Assembly (NCBI RefSeq): GCF_000150275.1
Contig: NW_002060966.1
Span: 340,581 to 404,580 of the forward strand
Direction: 5' to 3'
Origin: Trichoplax adhaerens
Taxonomy: Eukaryota; Animalia; Placozoa
Length of the DNA stretch: 64,000 bases
Within the stretch, counting starts at the first letter, position 1. Every line of letters starts with the position of its first letter. Below, piece by piece: positions 40,250 through 52,414 of the stretch. A program made the position numbers and the translations under genes. The notes beneath the pieces were generated by a model. The model was given only the letters and a program-made list of their open reading frames with translations. It was not told the origin of the DNA and did not search any database.

Positions 40250-42439
40250 AAAAGGATTAAGTTCTAATAATTAACTAAAACTAATTAGCATTGCCTCCTA
40301 TCGTACTGTACTGTTCAGCAGTGTTATTGGGTTTACAGAATTATCTAGCAGCTGTCGGTGATCCATCATGATATAGTAGTACCTTACCTATCCATACAAT
40401 CTGATACATATCATCGATATTGCCAGCTACAGAAAAATCTCATCAATCTGATATTTATGTACTCCTACTGTTGAATTGCATAAATAGATAATGATACTCA
40501 AATTGTTGGATTCAATTATAATCATCATTTCTAATAGATAGAATTCTTATTGAGGCTTTTTATTTTCTTAATCTGCTATCCGTGATCGTATCTTAATGAT
40601 TAAGAAAGCGTTAAGATTATACTTCTTATTTTTGTATGACTTTCATCAAGAATGATTATAATAATAGATTGATTTTACGATGGTATTACTAGATTATCTT
40701 CTTAACATACAGCAGCATAAAACTGACTGTTAGTAATGTTTTCTCTTATTTCGCACATCTTTATTTAGATAACTGCCAACTTTAACAGTGTTATCCTATT
40801 AACAATAACATATATTGATGCATCAAAACTATAGATTACTTTGGATTTGATTGAATTTTGTTATCGAAATTTCCGGCAGAGATGTAGTTGAATTCATAAC
40901 GACCACCTGATGATATTAGACTCTAAGAAAGTTTTTGCTGCGATAAAACTTTCATTGTAAGTTCAGATAACTGTAAGTAGAAACGAGGTGTTTTAAAAGT
41001 ATCATAATAAAAGGATGTAAATATACTGTAAAATAGATTTATCTGTAAGTTTAACAAAGTAATTGTACAAAATAATCGGAAGGGATGAAATGGTGTATTT
41101 GCACTATTCGTACTATAAACTTGAAATTTTATCGCTGATAGATATAAAGCCCTGTTTTATAGTAAATAGAATAATATGATTCTTAACTTAAGGTTAGAGT
41201 AGTATAGCAAACTATTTGATTATGTTTGTGTGAACTTTCTGCTTTTGTTTCTCTAAAGTGTCCAGGCTTTGTATACGGTTGAGCCTTTACTTAAATGAGA
41301 GCAGTTTAAAATGGAGTTAAATCAGTTCCAAACTTCTTCATTCTATTGGCAAATTCGCTCAACAGCTGCAGTACTCCCATTACTTCTTCAATAGATATTT
41401 CAACCGATTACAGAATAGAATCATTTTATTTCACAAATACTTAAATTACAAATACGGGTAGAGAAGCTAGTAAAAATATTTTCATTTTACACTTTGAGCA
41501 TGGTGATGAGCATTTTACCATTGTTTTTATTAACAATTTAACGTTCGTGATCTATCAGAGATCAATCTTAATCATACATCTATTACTGCAAAAACTTATA
41601 CTAGAACATTCAAATCCTATGCGTATTCATACTTATGCAAATTCTAGAATTGTAGATGATGTAATGTCATAACCATCATGGATAACTTTACGAATAGACA
41701 ATATTGGCAAATACAAGAGAAAGGATTAATGATACAATTAGACAGTAGTTACAATTGGAAGACCTATTGTACAATTTCGCTATAGATATTATCCAAGATT
41801 AGCATGAAGGATATGTATACTGTACAGTGTAAGCCGCTATTTCAAGAATATTCACAAGTGTACCATCGGCGAGACTATAAAAAGCGGAGTACTAGCTTAG
41901 CTTCTCAGTTTCAGTTAGTCATTTGCAGGATCTTTTGACTATTATTGCTAAGAATATTCTTATGTTTTTCTTTAGCACATTTTACGACTAAGGTTAACGA
42001 AAATAAAGTAAAGTATTTTAACCTATTACTCAATAGTAGTTTTTTTGTGTAGCTGAGAGTTAGTTCAACTACGATAGGTCCCTAAGTTAGTTGGGAACAC
42101 AAGTACTAGTGAAGATAGTGTTTAAGACCCGGTTTCTTATTACAAAGAAGAAGATTTGTAACAAATGGTAATTGCAAAATTTTCACACAGCAGGTGAAAC
42201 ACTTTGCGTTTCAATTGTTGCGATCCACGATATCGAAGCTTACTCCAAGGATATTGACTACGGACAAAAAATTTTCTAAACATCTTGATTTCACTATGAT
42301 GAGTAAAGGATTTACATACTGTAAATTGCATGCCTAAATGAATATCCTATCATAATTAAACAGAATAAATTAAAATTGCCGTGAGCTTATAATATTGGAA
42401 CTGTATCAACATAACCAACGAAAATTTTATTTTCGTAAA

Positions 42440-42750
42440 AAGTATGTATATAGATCGACCTTGATATGAGCTTAAGCCTGGCTTTGATATCGGTTCAATT
42501 TCACGTTAATTTTTCCCTGAATAGATCTTGTTTGATCTCTTGTAAATAATCAAAATAGCTACTTATATTTTTTAGTAAACAGCGCTTGATATGATCTAAG
42601 CAAGCAAAAGTCAAATACTTTCACTCTGCTTCATTTTAAAAATGTACAATTATTCGAATTTCCGGCCCTTACTTAGGATAGTTATTAATTAATTTTAATT
42701 TATTTGATGTTGATACAGGTCAGTCATTGAGTGTCTTACGTATTGCCAAT
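42440..42750. repeat. Duplicated 3' flank, homologous to ~38640-38950
   Basis: Shared cctggct.tgatatc..ttcaat.tcacgttaatttt, agcaaa.gtcaaatactttc..tctgctt and attgccaatgctt blocks. Confidence 0.7.
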
Positions 42751-43322
42751 GCTTGCAATCTTTATTAATAAAAAATATGGACCTATGAAGCGATGCAAGT
42801 AAATTGTGCACACTATTCTATATGTACTAATATCTATAACCTATTAGTCCATATACAAGTAGTAAAATAATATTTGGATAGAATACAACTATTCATCAAT
42901 GCGTAGATCGACTATTATCACCTTTCTACATTTCTTAGTGAGGCAATAGTGAAATGATTTGATTTATGATCCTGCCATTAGTGTTGAGTGAATTTAATCC
43001 AGTTGATATTAATTAAAATAAATAGATATTATGTTTATTAAATTGCTAATGTTTACGATCATTAAGGAAATAAAAATAATCATTACCTCTATTAGAATGT
43101 TTTACCCTATCATGTATGATTAAGCTTGGTTATTAAACTCACGTGTGTCCAAGTATTGTGCCTATAATTTCATCCTTATAGGACTCTTTATTATCACTAG
43201 TCCATTTGGTGGCTGATTAAAAAACTGTTTTATACCAGTTCTGGCATATTTATCTTATTCTTGCAAGAAATTTATAGTATTATGATTTGTCTTCGTGGCA
43301 ATAAATTCGCATAATAAAATGG

Positions 43323-43825
43323 TTATTGACGATTATCACCGCATGCTGATAGGGTTAAGTTTCCGATAGATGAAAAAATTCCGCGATAGCGTTTATCATA
43401 GAGTTGACTGAAGATCTTTTTATTGCGATAAGTATAGTTATCGGTATCAACAACAGAAAAAGCCTTCCACGTTTCATTTTTTGAACAGTTCTTACCGATG
43501 CAGGATGATATAAAATGGAACAAATCTGCGTGATACCACGATGTTGGATCAAACTTGGCAGAATTAATGAATTCATACCAATAATACCTTTGCCACGATG
43601 TTCATGCAAAACACATATGTCATCGACATAGTAGATATAGTAAAACTTATAACATTCTGGAGTTGAAAAATATTGAAAGTAATTTGTGACTTATATCTAC
43701 AATTAGAGCAATTTTCTTTCCGTATATTTTTCCAGATCTATGCCAAGATTGAATAATTCTACCGATAGTAAATAGGATGTACTGATACCAGCAATTTTTT
43801 CATCTGAGAGAATAATTATCATCTA
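43323..43825 (-). pseudogene. GNAT pseudogene, C-terminal two-thirds of a 39244-like paralogue
   Basis: Fragments KIAGISTSYLLSVELFNLGIDLEK / IYGKKIALIVDISH / YYVDDICVLHEHRGKGI..YHPAS / NYTYRNKKIFSQLY lie in shifting frames with stops. Confidence 0.85.
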
Positions 43826-43942
43826 TCATCGTTTCTTTATCGATACAAGTACTTTTGATATTGCTGCAGGAAAAATACTAATGTATATAGATGATTATAT
43901 TATTGTTAGTTAATCATCCTTTCAACTATATGAGAATCGTAT

Positions 43943-44700
43943 TCATTTTTTATTATTTTTCCCTATGTCCTTGATAAAGATTTGCACTTCCTTGTAGCCT
44001 TTTGCTACCAAATCCAGAAAGACTTTTTCATCTTTATAGGTATATTCATTTAAATCGATAGAATAAATTAATCGATAGCCAACTGCAAGAGCTCTTTTTG
44101 CATGATTGGATTGAAAATAGTGGTTATCATTTTGTCATAACCATGTCGAGCACTTATTGCTTCTACTAAAAAACCGCTCAAGAATCCAATAGCCTTACTA
44201 GCATATTTTTCACCTCTCAAGCAAGCAACATCATCGATAACGATCATTTTCTTTGGATCAAAGGATTCTTTTTTCTCTGCGTCTTCATATAATTGCATCA
44301 TACAATCCATAATCGGAGCCATAGCTTCTCCATAGTTATTAATAACGTTCTCGCCCGCTGTCACTTCAGTTACCTTACTATAAACATAACCAATTCCTAC
44401 TCCAACTAATTTATTATTTTCTATATCTCGAGCAACGATTGCTAATTTATCTTCCATCGCCAATCGGCATTCAAATTTAGCAGCAAGGATATACTGCTCG
44501 ACCGTAACACCTCGACTTTTATAAATTTCATTTTGTTCAATAAAAGAGATAGCAATGACTTTCATAGCTTCATCCATATCTTCTTCTTGCATAATACTAT
44601 ACCGTATATTGTTTTTTTCATCGACGATAAAGGGAGAATCGCTATCTCGAAATTGTTTATAAAGCTCTAGTACATGTTCCATAGGATTGTGTTTAGCCAT
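43943..44700 (-). pseudogene. GNAT subfamily B (MAKHNP type) copy with a 1-bp frameshift (pseudogene or sequencing error)
   Basis: Near-identical to 58782 and 61734. The T-run at 44095-44099 has 5 T versus 6 in the 58.9-kb copy; restoring one base gives a 252-aa ORF ending at TGA 43943-43945. Confidence 0.8.
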
Positions 44701-44927
44701 GTTGAAATCGTTGCAGTTTGATGTTTAGTAATATAATTGAACCTATCCACAAATGAAATAGTACAGTAAATGACTGTTAGATACAGGAGTACTTTAGCAA
44801 AGACAGATTGAAAGTGATGATGGAGACCACAAGAACTTCTATCTGCGATTTTAGCCGTAGGTGAAAAGGGCTGAGATCAAGAATGTGCCAAGGTCATGTG
44901 AAAATCGATGATGGAGCTAGCAATCAC

Positions 44928-44935
44928 CACGTGAT
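44928..44935 (-). promoter_or_regulatory. E-box ATCACGTG, 228 bp upstream of ATG
   Basis: caatcacCACGTGAT. Confidence 0.55.
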
Positions 44936-46299
44936 AGTGTACTGGGACTGCTATATATATTGTACACAATTTCATGCAAGGATTGATTTTTATAGGGCTT
45001 TAAATTAAATTAAATTAATTTAATCAGTTGTTTACCAAAGCGTATCGAGTTCATTGTTATGGAAATCAAGATTGATTTGCTCCGTTTTCAGAGAGTTTAA
45101 TCTTCTCTATCTTGCATTCATAATGGACTACCCATGGTATACAGTAATGCATGTTTCTATCGGTAGTCTAGGCTATTCTTAGTCTAAATTCGTTTCTAAT
45201 CCACTGTTGTAGAACTCCATATTTAGATAAGCCCTATTTCACTTTGATACTATAGGGCTCTAGTGCTACTCTAATCCGATTGCATTGCAGAAATCTCGTA
45301 AACAGACATAAGCTCTTCTTCGTACTCATTCGCGTTTCTCAATCATTTCATCCTGTCATACTTTTAACATTCTTAAAGGGCATCTTCATGTTTCGATGAC
45401 ACAATGTAGTGTTTCCTTAATTTACGGTGATTAATAAATCATTGGAAGGTATTCTGCATTCAATTCTATAACAGTAAACTACTTTACCTCATATAATGTC
45501 CGTTATAGTTTTGATTTAGCTTTATTTCTTATTATAATTTTTCAATAATGATGGATGATGTTAATCATTTAGCTTCATATCAATGTATAATAGTGATGCT
45601 GAATATACTTTTAGTCTTAGAATAAAATCGATAAGTCTGTAAATAGACTGCAGCACTTAGAGAGGCCTAGGACAGGTGATAAGGCAAGCGATGATGGATA
45701 GACTTTGAGCTTAAAATTAAATAAGTCTGTTATTACATTACAAAACTATGTGAACCTATTTTGAGCATAACACTTACACTACTTGTTTCAGGAGACTGAT
45801 TAACTACACTATTCATGGTAAGAATTTGAAGTTAAGAAATGAAGATCGTGGTATAAAGATGTATAACTTCATCATAGCAATGCAAATAATTTAAAAGTAG
45901 GTTAAATCTGTGCTCTTTTGGTTCAATAAGATTATCTATTCCTAGGATAATTTATGGTACTGCCTCATTTATGTGCATTATTTGTTCTATGTGCAATGTA
46001 CCTTAATTAATTAATAAGCTAAAAATCTGTTTAAGAAGCTATGTAACCTGATCTTAGCAATGCTGTCACGGTACGAACTACTGTGAAGAAAGAGCTATCT
46101 AAATTTGGTTTATATAATATAGTGATAATATATTACAACTAGTTACTTACAATAAGAGTTACTCTAATTATAAATGTGTTACAGTAAATTTAATGTTGTG
46201 CTGTAATGTACACTGAAATGATTCTGTGAATGCACATGTTGTTGTCTGAATGTCAAAAAATTAGTTAGTAGATGTTCTCACCTAGGTATTTTTATAAAA

Positions 46300-46495
46300 T
46301 GACTCATGAATGTTTGCTGCTTTACAAGGGTATAAAGCCCGTCAGATAGTTGAACAAAGTAGTTCTCAATTGTATAGTTGAGTTTAACGTAGAATCAAAG
46401 GCGTCTAAATTCTTGTGAGTAGGGATACTGAATTCCGAAGACTATAGTAATTTAGAGATTTATTTTACGTTATCCTTGTCACAAAGCTGGTTTGT
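46300..46495 (+). repeat. Dispersed ~200-bp repeat, copy 2 (TGACTCA + TATA box)
   Basis: Aligns with 30869-31070. Confidence 0.75.
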
Positions 46496-48488
46496 GACAA
46501 ATGCAAATAATAATTCATAAATTAGTTGTCTTCAACTCCGGATGTTCAATAAGATCAACTATCATTCTGTTAATTATTACCGAAACTTCTTTCACACATA
46601 ATAATTACGTACTGTACTTATACTTCCAATTTTATCTATATAATAGCGTACAATCACTTTTCAAAATGAGTATGTATTTAAAATTACTTGTGTATTCCTA
46701 GACACACGGACGAAAATTTTTAACAATTTTGGATAACTTTCTAATTCCGAGTGTATCATAGAGTATATGGAATAGGCTATAAATAATTGATCTTTTTTAG
46801 AAGCAATAATAACCTGATAGTTAACAACTGAAATGCGCTTTAGCTACTTTACTGGTTCATTATTTTCATTGTAAGTAAACATGCAGTTTTCTTTTCAAAT
46901 GATAAATATCATTATCCGTTAACATAGCGTATCATATGGAACTTTAATGACGAATTTTTATTAGTATAGCTTGTTTATTATTAATAACATAACAATCCCA
47001 CCCTCCCGTTAATACAGAGTGAGGAACTTTATAGCTAGGGCTCACTTCCTTCTATTATATAATTATCATTCATAGATCTTACTAATGGTGTCATATATGG
47101 TACTCTAGTGATATGAGATTAAATGCCATGACAAATTTAAAACATCACAACTAGCTAATTAGATAACCAAAATTAATAGCCAGCAATTAATTATAATATG
47201 TGCATGATTCTGCAGGAACTACTCGACGAAGAATTCACCTCCAAATTTGAAAATAGAGGAAATCAAGTAGAGTAGTGCCCGCTTTCTATCGCTTTGATAT
47301 ATGACATGTACAAACAATCTTGTACAACCTTCCATTTTTAATTTAACTTTATTCAATTTAATCCAATAAAGTAGAATAACATGCAAATTTCTGGTTACCC
47401 AGTGATTGAATAATCTAATTTTTGATCGCTGTTTAGTTTGAATGATATACTACCGCTGTTATAAAATACTTCTATTTTGGTTAACATCCATGAGTAAAAT
47501 GGCACTGAACCGAAATTTTTCTCTGCTATTGAATTAAATATTTCTCTGTAGTACAGTCGCAAATGAGCCCAAAATTACGATTGCAAGATTGTAGTGAGAT
47601 CATTTCAACTTGCATGTTAGATTATAAGATTGTCTAGGTACCCATTCGTAAAAGATGGTTCTATTACGTGGACTGTTTACTTCACAATATGGTATAGTCT
47701 ATTCTTAGTATGTTTATTTTCCCCTACTCTATAGCGTAACTCTATGGATGTAAATCTACATTGAATAATTCACACTGTAGAAATCTACTGATACTCTAGT
47801 TGAATTGTATCGTAGAGCTAATTTAACGTAAAAGTAAGATACTTTTAGAAGCCATTCGCCTTGATAAGAAATTCCTCCTACTGTGCTCCCTACGTTATAA
47901 AAGCTGTCTTCATTCGTCTGTCTAGTTAGTGATTCCTGTTAGTTATACGTTATGCGTCTACGATTTACCAGTACCAATCCTAGGTACTATAGCTATCCGA
48001 CTAGTCATGTCGTTACTCGCGCTGTAGCCTTGGATGGTTATCCTCTGCATGTTACCTCAATAAAAACTAGTATTTTACAAGTTATTCTTTTACAATTTAT
48101 TGATTATTCGACGCTTACTCTTCTGAAGCATCACAGTAATGCAGCATATATAGATACAATAGTACAAAATAATGTAGCTTTCAATTTTCTTGTAATATAT
48201 TGCTTAGGGTGGAATACATAGCTGTTCATTTAAACGAGAACTTTACTAGTTTATATCATGAATTAACGGTTACAGGCAATTTTAGTTCTTGCTTTAGTTT
48301 GAAGAAGACGCTTTATTACATTATCTTTCCGTCATTTTCAAGGTAAATAGCTTGGTTAAGCGGCTTTATAGTGGACTTCAATTCAATCGTTGTATGCAAA
48401 ATGAAATGAAAGGGTATCTTGTGTAACTGTTGATTGAACTGGTGCTCCTTTTCATCATTTTTATATAAAAATAGATGCAGCATTTTGA

Positions 48489-49238
48489 TTATAGCTTACT
48501 CGGATTTAGTACTCCTATGTAAAGTGAAATTGAGCGAAAGCCATTCTTAGATATGGATTCATATACGCGTTCTTTACCATCATTTCCTGTAATACTGGCT
48601 ACTTCGATACTATTAATTTCTTTCCAATTTGGAAGCATATCCAAATCATTTTTGGTGATTTTGTGTATGGCGATAGCTGCAGCATGTGTATAGCCTTTTC
48701 TTTCTGCTAATACTAACGCAAATTCTGGCAGTATGTAACCGACACCTTTGCCTGATGCATTCTTTAGTACAGATACTTCATCAAGATAAACTATTCGATC
48801 GATGCCACCATATTGATGCCATGGTGTTGTTTTAAATAGTTCTACAAGAGCATTAAGAAGTGGGACAAGTTTACTACCACAGCGGTCATACGATTCCTGT
48901 CCATGGGTAACATTTATTGCTGTGGATAATGAATAAGCTACATGAACACCTATCATTTGGCCTTGGCTATTACGAGCTATGCATCCAATTCTACTCTTAA
49001 CACTTTCTTGACAGGAAAAAGTAGAATCTTTAAGATATTCATCGGCAGACATACTAATAATTCTATAAAATGGATTGCTAGCCATACATTGTGCACTAAT
49101 TCGACTTGCTTCAGCGATATCGCTCTTTTCCATTATATGATAGGAAATTTTATTCTTGAAGTCGTATAAATAGTTCTCATTTCCGGATCTAAATTGCCGT
49201 AGAAGCTGATCATACCATGCTAAATCTTTTCTAAACAT
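48489..49238 (-). CDS. GNAT-family N-acyltransferase, divergent subfamily C, C-terminal SKL (PTS1)
   Basis: 249 aa; VYLDEVSVLKNASGKGVG; ends NPSKL-stop. Confidence 0.88.
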   Translation of the reverse strand: MFRKDLAWYDQLLRQFRSGNENYLYDFKNKISYHIMEKSDIAEASRISAQCMASNPFYRIISMSADEYLKDSTFSCQESVKSRIGCIARNSQGQMIGVHVAYSLSTAINVTHGQESYDRCGSKLVPLLNALVELFKTTPWHQYGGIDRIVYLDEVSVLKNASGKGVGYILPEFALVLAERKGYTHAAAIAIHKITKNDLDMLPNWKEINSIEVASITGNDGKERVYESISKNGFRSISLYIGVLNPSKL

Positions 49239-50689
49239 TTCGGCTGGTAATTAATTAAAGAATAAAAATTGGAGTTATTTTCACGAACGGCTATAGTATA
49301 CATAATACTAGATCGTTTATGGTGGCATAAACTCTCTTCTAGTGGTGCTAACGAATTGTTACACTAATTTTAGTTAACGATAAAAGAATCTATTTTTCGA
49401 TTCAATAGATTTGTGTTAAATCTCTGAATGGCTACTAACATTATTTCAGTTGAGTAATCAAACTTTCCGGCATAAGTTACTATCATAGTATAGTATTACC
49501 TTGAATTTGGTTTCCTATTTAGTTTTGCATTGATTCTATTAACATAGGTGACGAAATTGGTCATTAATTTTACAAGATTGAGGATAATTTAACAGTCCTA
49601 CTTGTTTAGAATAGATTAATGCCTAATTTAGCGCCTTAATCTAACAGCTATCTATGTAGAAGGTCCTATAGGATATGCTACAATCTTGAACTAGTTATCT
49701 TATTGAATAATACCTTCAATCTATTAAGACGAAGGCAAGATCTAGAATTGATTTAATGGTTGACTTGATAGGACTAGTGAACTTTGTTGCATTAATAAAT
49801 GTATAAATACCTTGTCTTACCGTTTTAACTAATTCAATTATAAGTATAACATATGATAATATTGAAAACGCCAAAGTCTTGAATTAGTCTATTCTGTTTA
49901 ACTTTACTTTGATTATATCAGAAGAACAACGTAATTCGTCACAAATCTTTATGATCGACAACTGAATAATCTTCTTGGCCTTCAAAGCTTGTATTAAAAA
50001 GTCTGTACTTATCGTACAATACAAGTATACCAGAATTTCGAATTCTGGTAAAAGGTACTGAGTTCTGCTAGGCAACCAAGGTGCAGTTCACCGCTATTTA
50101 TTGCTACTTATGTATACTCTTCGATGTCGCCAGCTTTTATCCTTAGACTTGTTTTTATACTTAATGGTGATAAATAGAGCCATCGTTATTTTCAAGGCGT
50201 TGCTTATGATGTAGAGCGTCTAAGATACGTGATCATTAAACATTCTTGTCTATAACAATATAGCAATTTCTAGTTCTGTATTGATTTTATTTATGCATGT
50301 ATGCTTTTGGATAATGCAGCTTATTATCTATAGTATCCAGAATAAAATTATCGCATTACGTTTCAATTAAAATTAGCATAATTTCTATATAGTTTAATTC
50401 AATGCTATTAAGCTAAGTAAGTAGATATTTTTAATCAGCAATGCTTTTTCGCTTATTTTATTTCATAATTTTGCGAATTGCTTACGATGTAGTAATTATT
50501 CCATTCTTATACCATTAAAGTGGTAGTTAATAAATGTAGAGTCGTATGTATTATTGGTTGTAGCTCAGAATTCGTGTTACCATTGTTTAAGATTTAGTTA
50601 CTGATAAGATTTGAACACCTAGATATTATAGAGTGTGAACTTTAATAATTGGTGGCAAGTACATTAAAGTAAATTAATATTATACCAGC

Positions 50690-50945
50690 AATTTTGCCAT
50701 CGTCTGTGAGAATAATTACATCTATACCTTCGTTCGGTTGCCGTGAGTAAATACTCTTCTTTAGAGATACCCAATACATTAAAAGACTTGTCATCGTCCG
50801 CATAACATTGCGCACAAAGACTAGCAGCTTCTTCAACATCTTTTTGTCGAATCAAGTGATAGTTGATAGTATTTCGACTATCAGAAATTTTAATTAATTT
50901 CTCTTCTTAGAACTTTTTACGTAAAGACAAGCACTACTAGAGGTC
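50690..50945 (-). pseudogene. GNAT pseudogene, N-terminal third of a 39244-like paralogue
   Basis: **CLSLRKKF*EEKLIKISDSRNTINYHLIRQKDVEEAASLCAQCYA..KEEYLLTATE, then a frameshift into GIDVIILTDDGKIAG; in-frame stops. Confidence 0.85.
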
Positions 50946-51428
50946 ACTTTGCTTGCTCCTGATGTTCGTTAAGAATTCGCAATGATGTTTCTTTTCGATA
51001 AGCCTCGTGTTCTAAATTAAAGTCAGCGGTAGTTGTGTCAAACCAAAGTATAGTTCAGATAGCTAATTTATAAATGCCAATAGATTGAAAGTTTTAAATT
51101 GAATGAAAATGATAATAATATAGTCTTTTTATATACTTCCATCAGCGTCTTTCCACGAAAGAATTACAAATAATAATAATAAACATTCCTAGCTTCCTAA
51201 GTTTCTTAATTGTGCTTTCCTGATAACTGAATAATTAGCAGTACAGCAGCCATTAATACCAATCGATGATGATTTAGTTTAATTAGTGTAAGAAATAGAT
51301 TTTTCTTGATAATCAGAAGTTAATCGAATCGATTTTTAAATACGTGTGCATTAATAGCAACTAGCAATCTACGGATGATTAATTGACTAATAGATGCATT
51401 ACGTGACCTGAAGTGTAGTTGCAGGAAC

Positions 51429-52214
51429 TCATAATTTTGCTTGTGAAGAGCTCCCTAATCTATTACTCTCCTCATTCAAATAATAAATAAAAATTTGGGC
51501 TCGATAATAACCCTGATCCAGTAATTCATGAAATACTTTCTGACCCTTGTAAGTATATTCGTCGAAATTGATGGAATGAATGAGTTTATAACCTATAGCA
51601 TGTGCTCGTCTTTGCATCACCGGATTGATAGCCACCGTCAGCAAATAGGAATAACCATTTCGAGCACTTACTGCTCTGATTAATCCACCGCATATAAATC
51701 CAATGGCTTTACCAGCGTACTTGACACCTTGTACGCAAGCAAGATCATCCATTATAACCGTTTTATGCGGATTAAATGATGGCATTTGTTCTACTTTTTC
51801 GTATAGTTGTAACATACAATCCATGATTGGTTCTATAGCTTCCATGTGCTTGTTCTCTGCGTTGTTTGCATCAAAAGCTTGAATTGCTTTGGTGTAAGAA
51901 TAACCCGCTGCTACTCCGACTATCTGATTTGTTTCTGTATCTCGTGCAACGATGGAAAGCTTTTCCTCTGCTGATATTCGACATTCATGGGATGCTATTT
52001 CAACATAGTCATCAAAAGTAATGCCTCTACATTTATACATTTCGTTTTGCTGTGTGAAAGCCATAGCAAGAACATTAGCCGCCTCGTCTATGTCGTCTTT
52101 TTCCATAATGCTATAACCAATACCATGATGATGATCGATGATAAATGAAGCATGACTATTTCGAAATTGATGTACGATTCTTTTTACATGTTGTACAGTC
52201 TTGTCTTCAGTCAT
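51429..52214 (-). CDS. GNAT-family N-acyltransferase, subfamily B, C-terminal AKL (PTS1)
   Basis: 261 aa; IMDDLACVQGVKYAGKAIG; ends SQAKL-stop. Confidence 0.88.
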   Translation of the reverse strand: MTEDKTVQHVKRIVHQFRNSHASFIIDHHHGIGYSIMEKDDIDEAANVLAMAFTQQNEMYKCRGITFDDYVEIASHECRISAEEKLSIVARDTETNQIVGVAAGYSYTKAIQAFDANNAENKHMEAIEPIMDCMLQLYEKVEQMPSFNPHKTVIMDDLACVQGVKYAGKAIGFICGGLIRAVSARNGYSYLLTVAINPVMQRRAHAIGYKLIHSINFDEYTYKGQKVFHELLDQGYYRAQIFIYYLNEESNRLGSSSQAKL

Positions 52215-52406
52215 GTCTAAATTGGTTGGAGATATTTATCGATATATTATTAACACGGACTAATGACAGAATGTTGCTAATCATAGATAACAAAAAAGAA
52301 AGAATGATGATCAAATTATCAAACTAGTTATGAAACTATACTATTTTACGTAAGAGCAGTGGCGTAAGTAACCGAGATGGACTCATAACTAAGCAAATAG
52401 AGTACA

Positions 52407-52414
52407 CACGTGAT
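52407..52414 (-). promoter_or_regulatory. E-box ATCACGTG, 193 bp upstream of ATG
   Basis: acaCACGTGATc. Confidence 0.55.

Noticed and set aside
49884-50075. YLLPEF similarity to the 48489 GNAT as another pseudogene
   Set aside because: Only about six residues match; could be chance.
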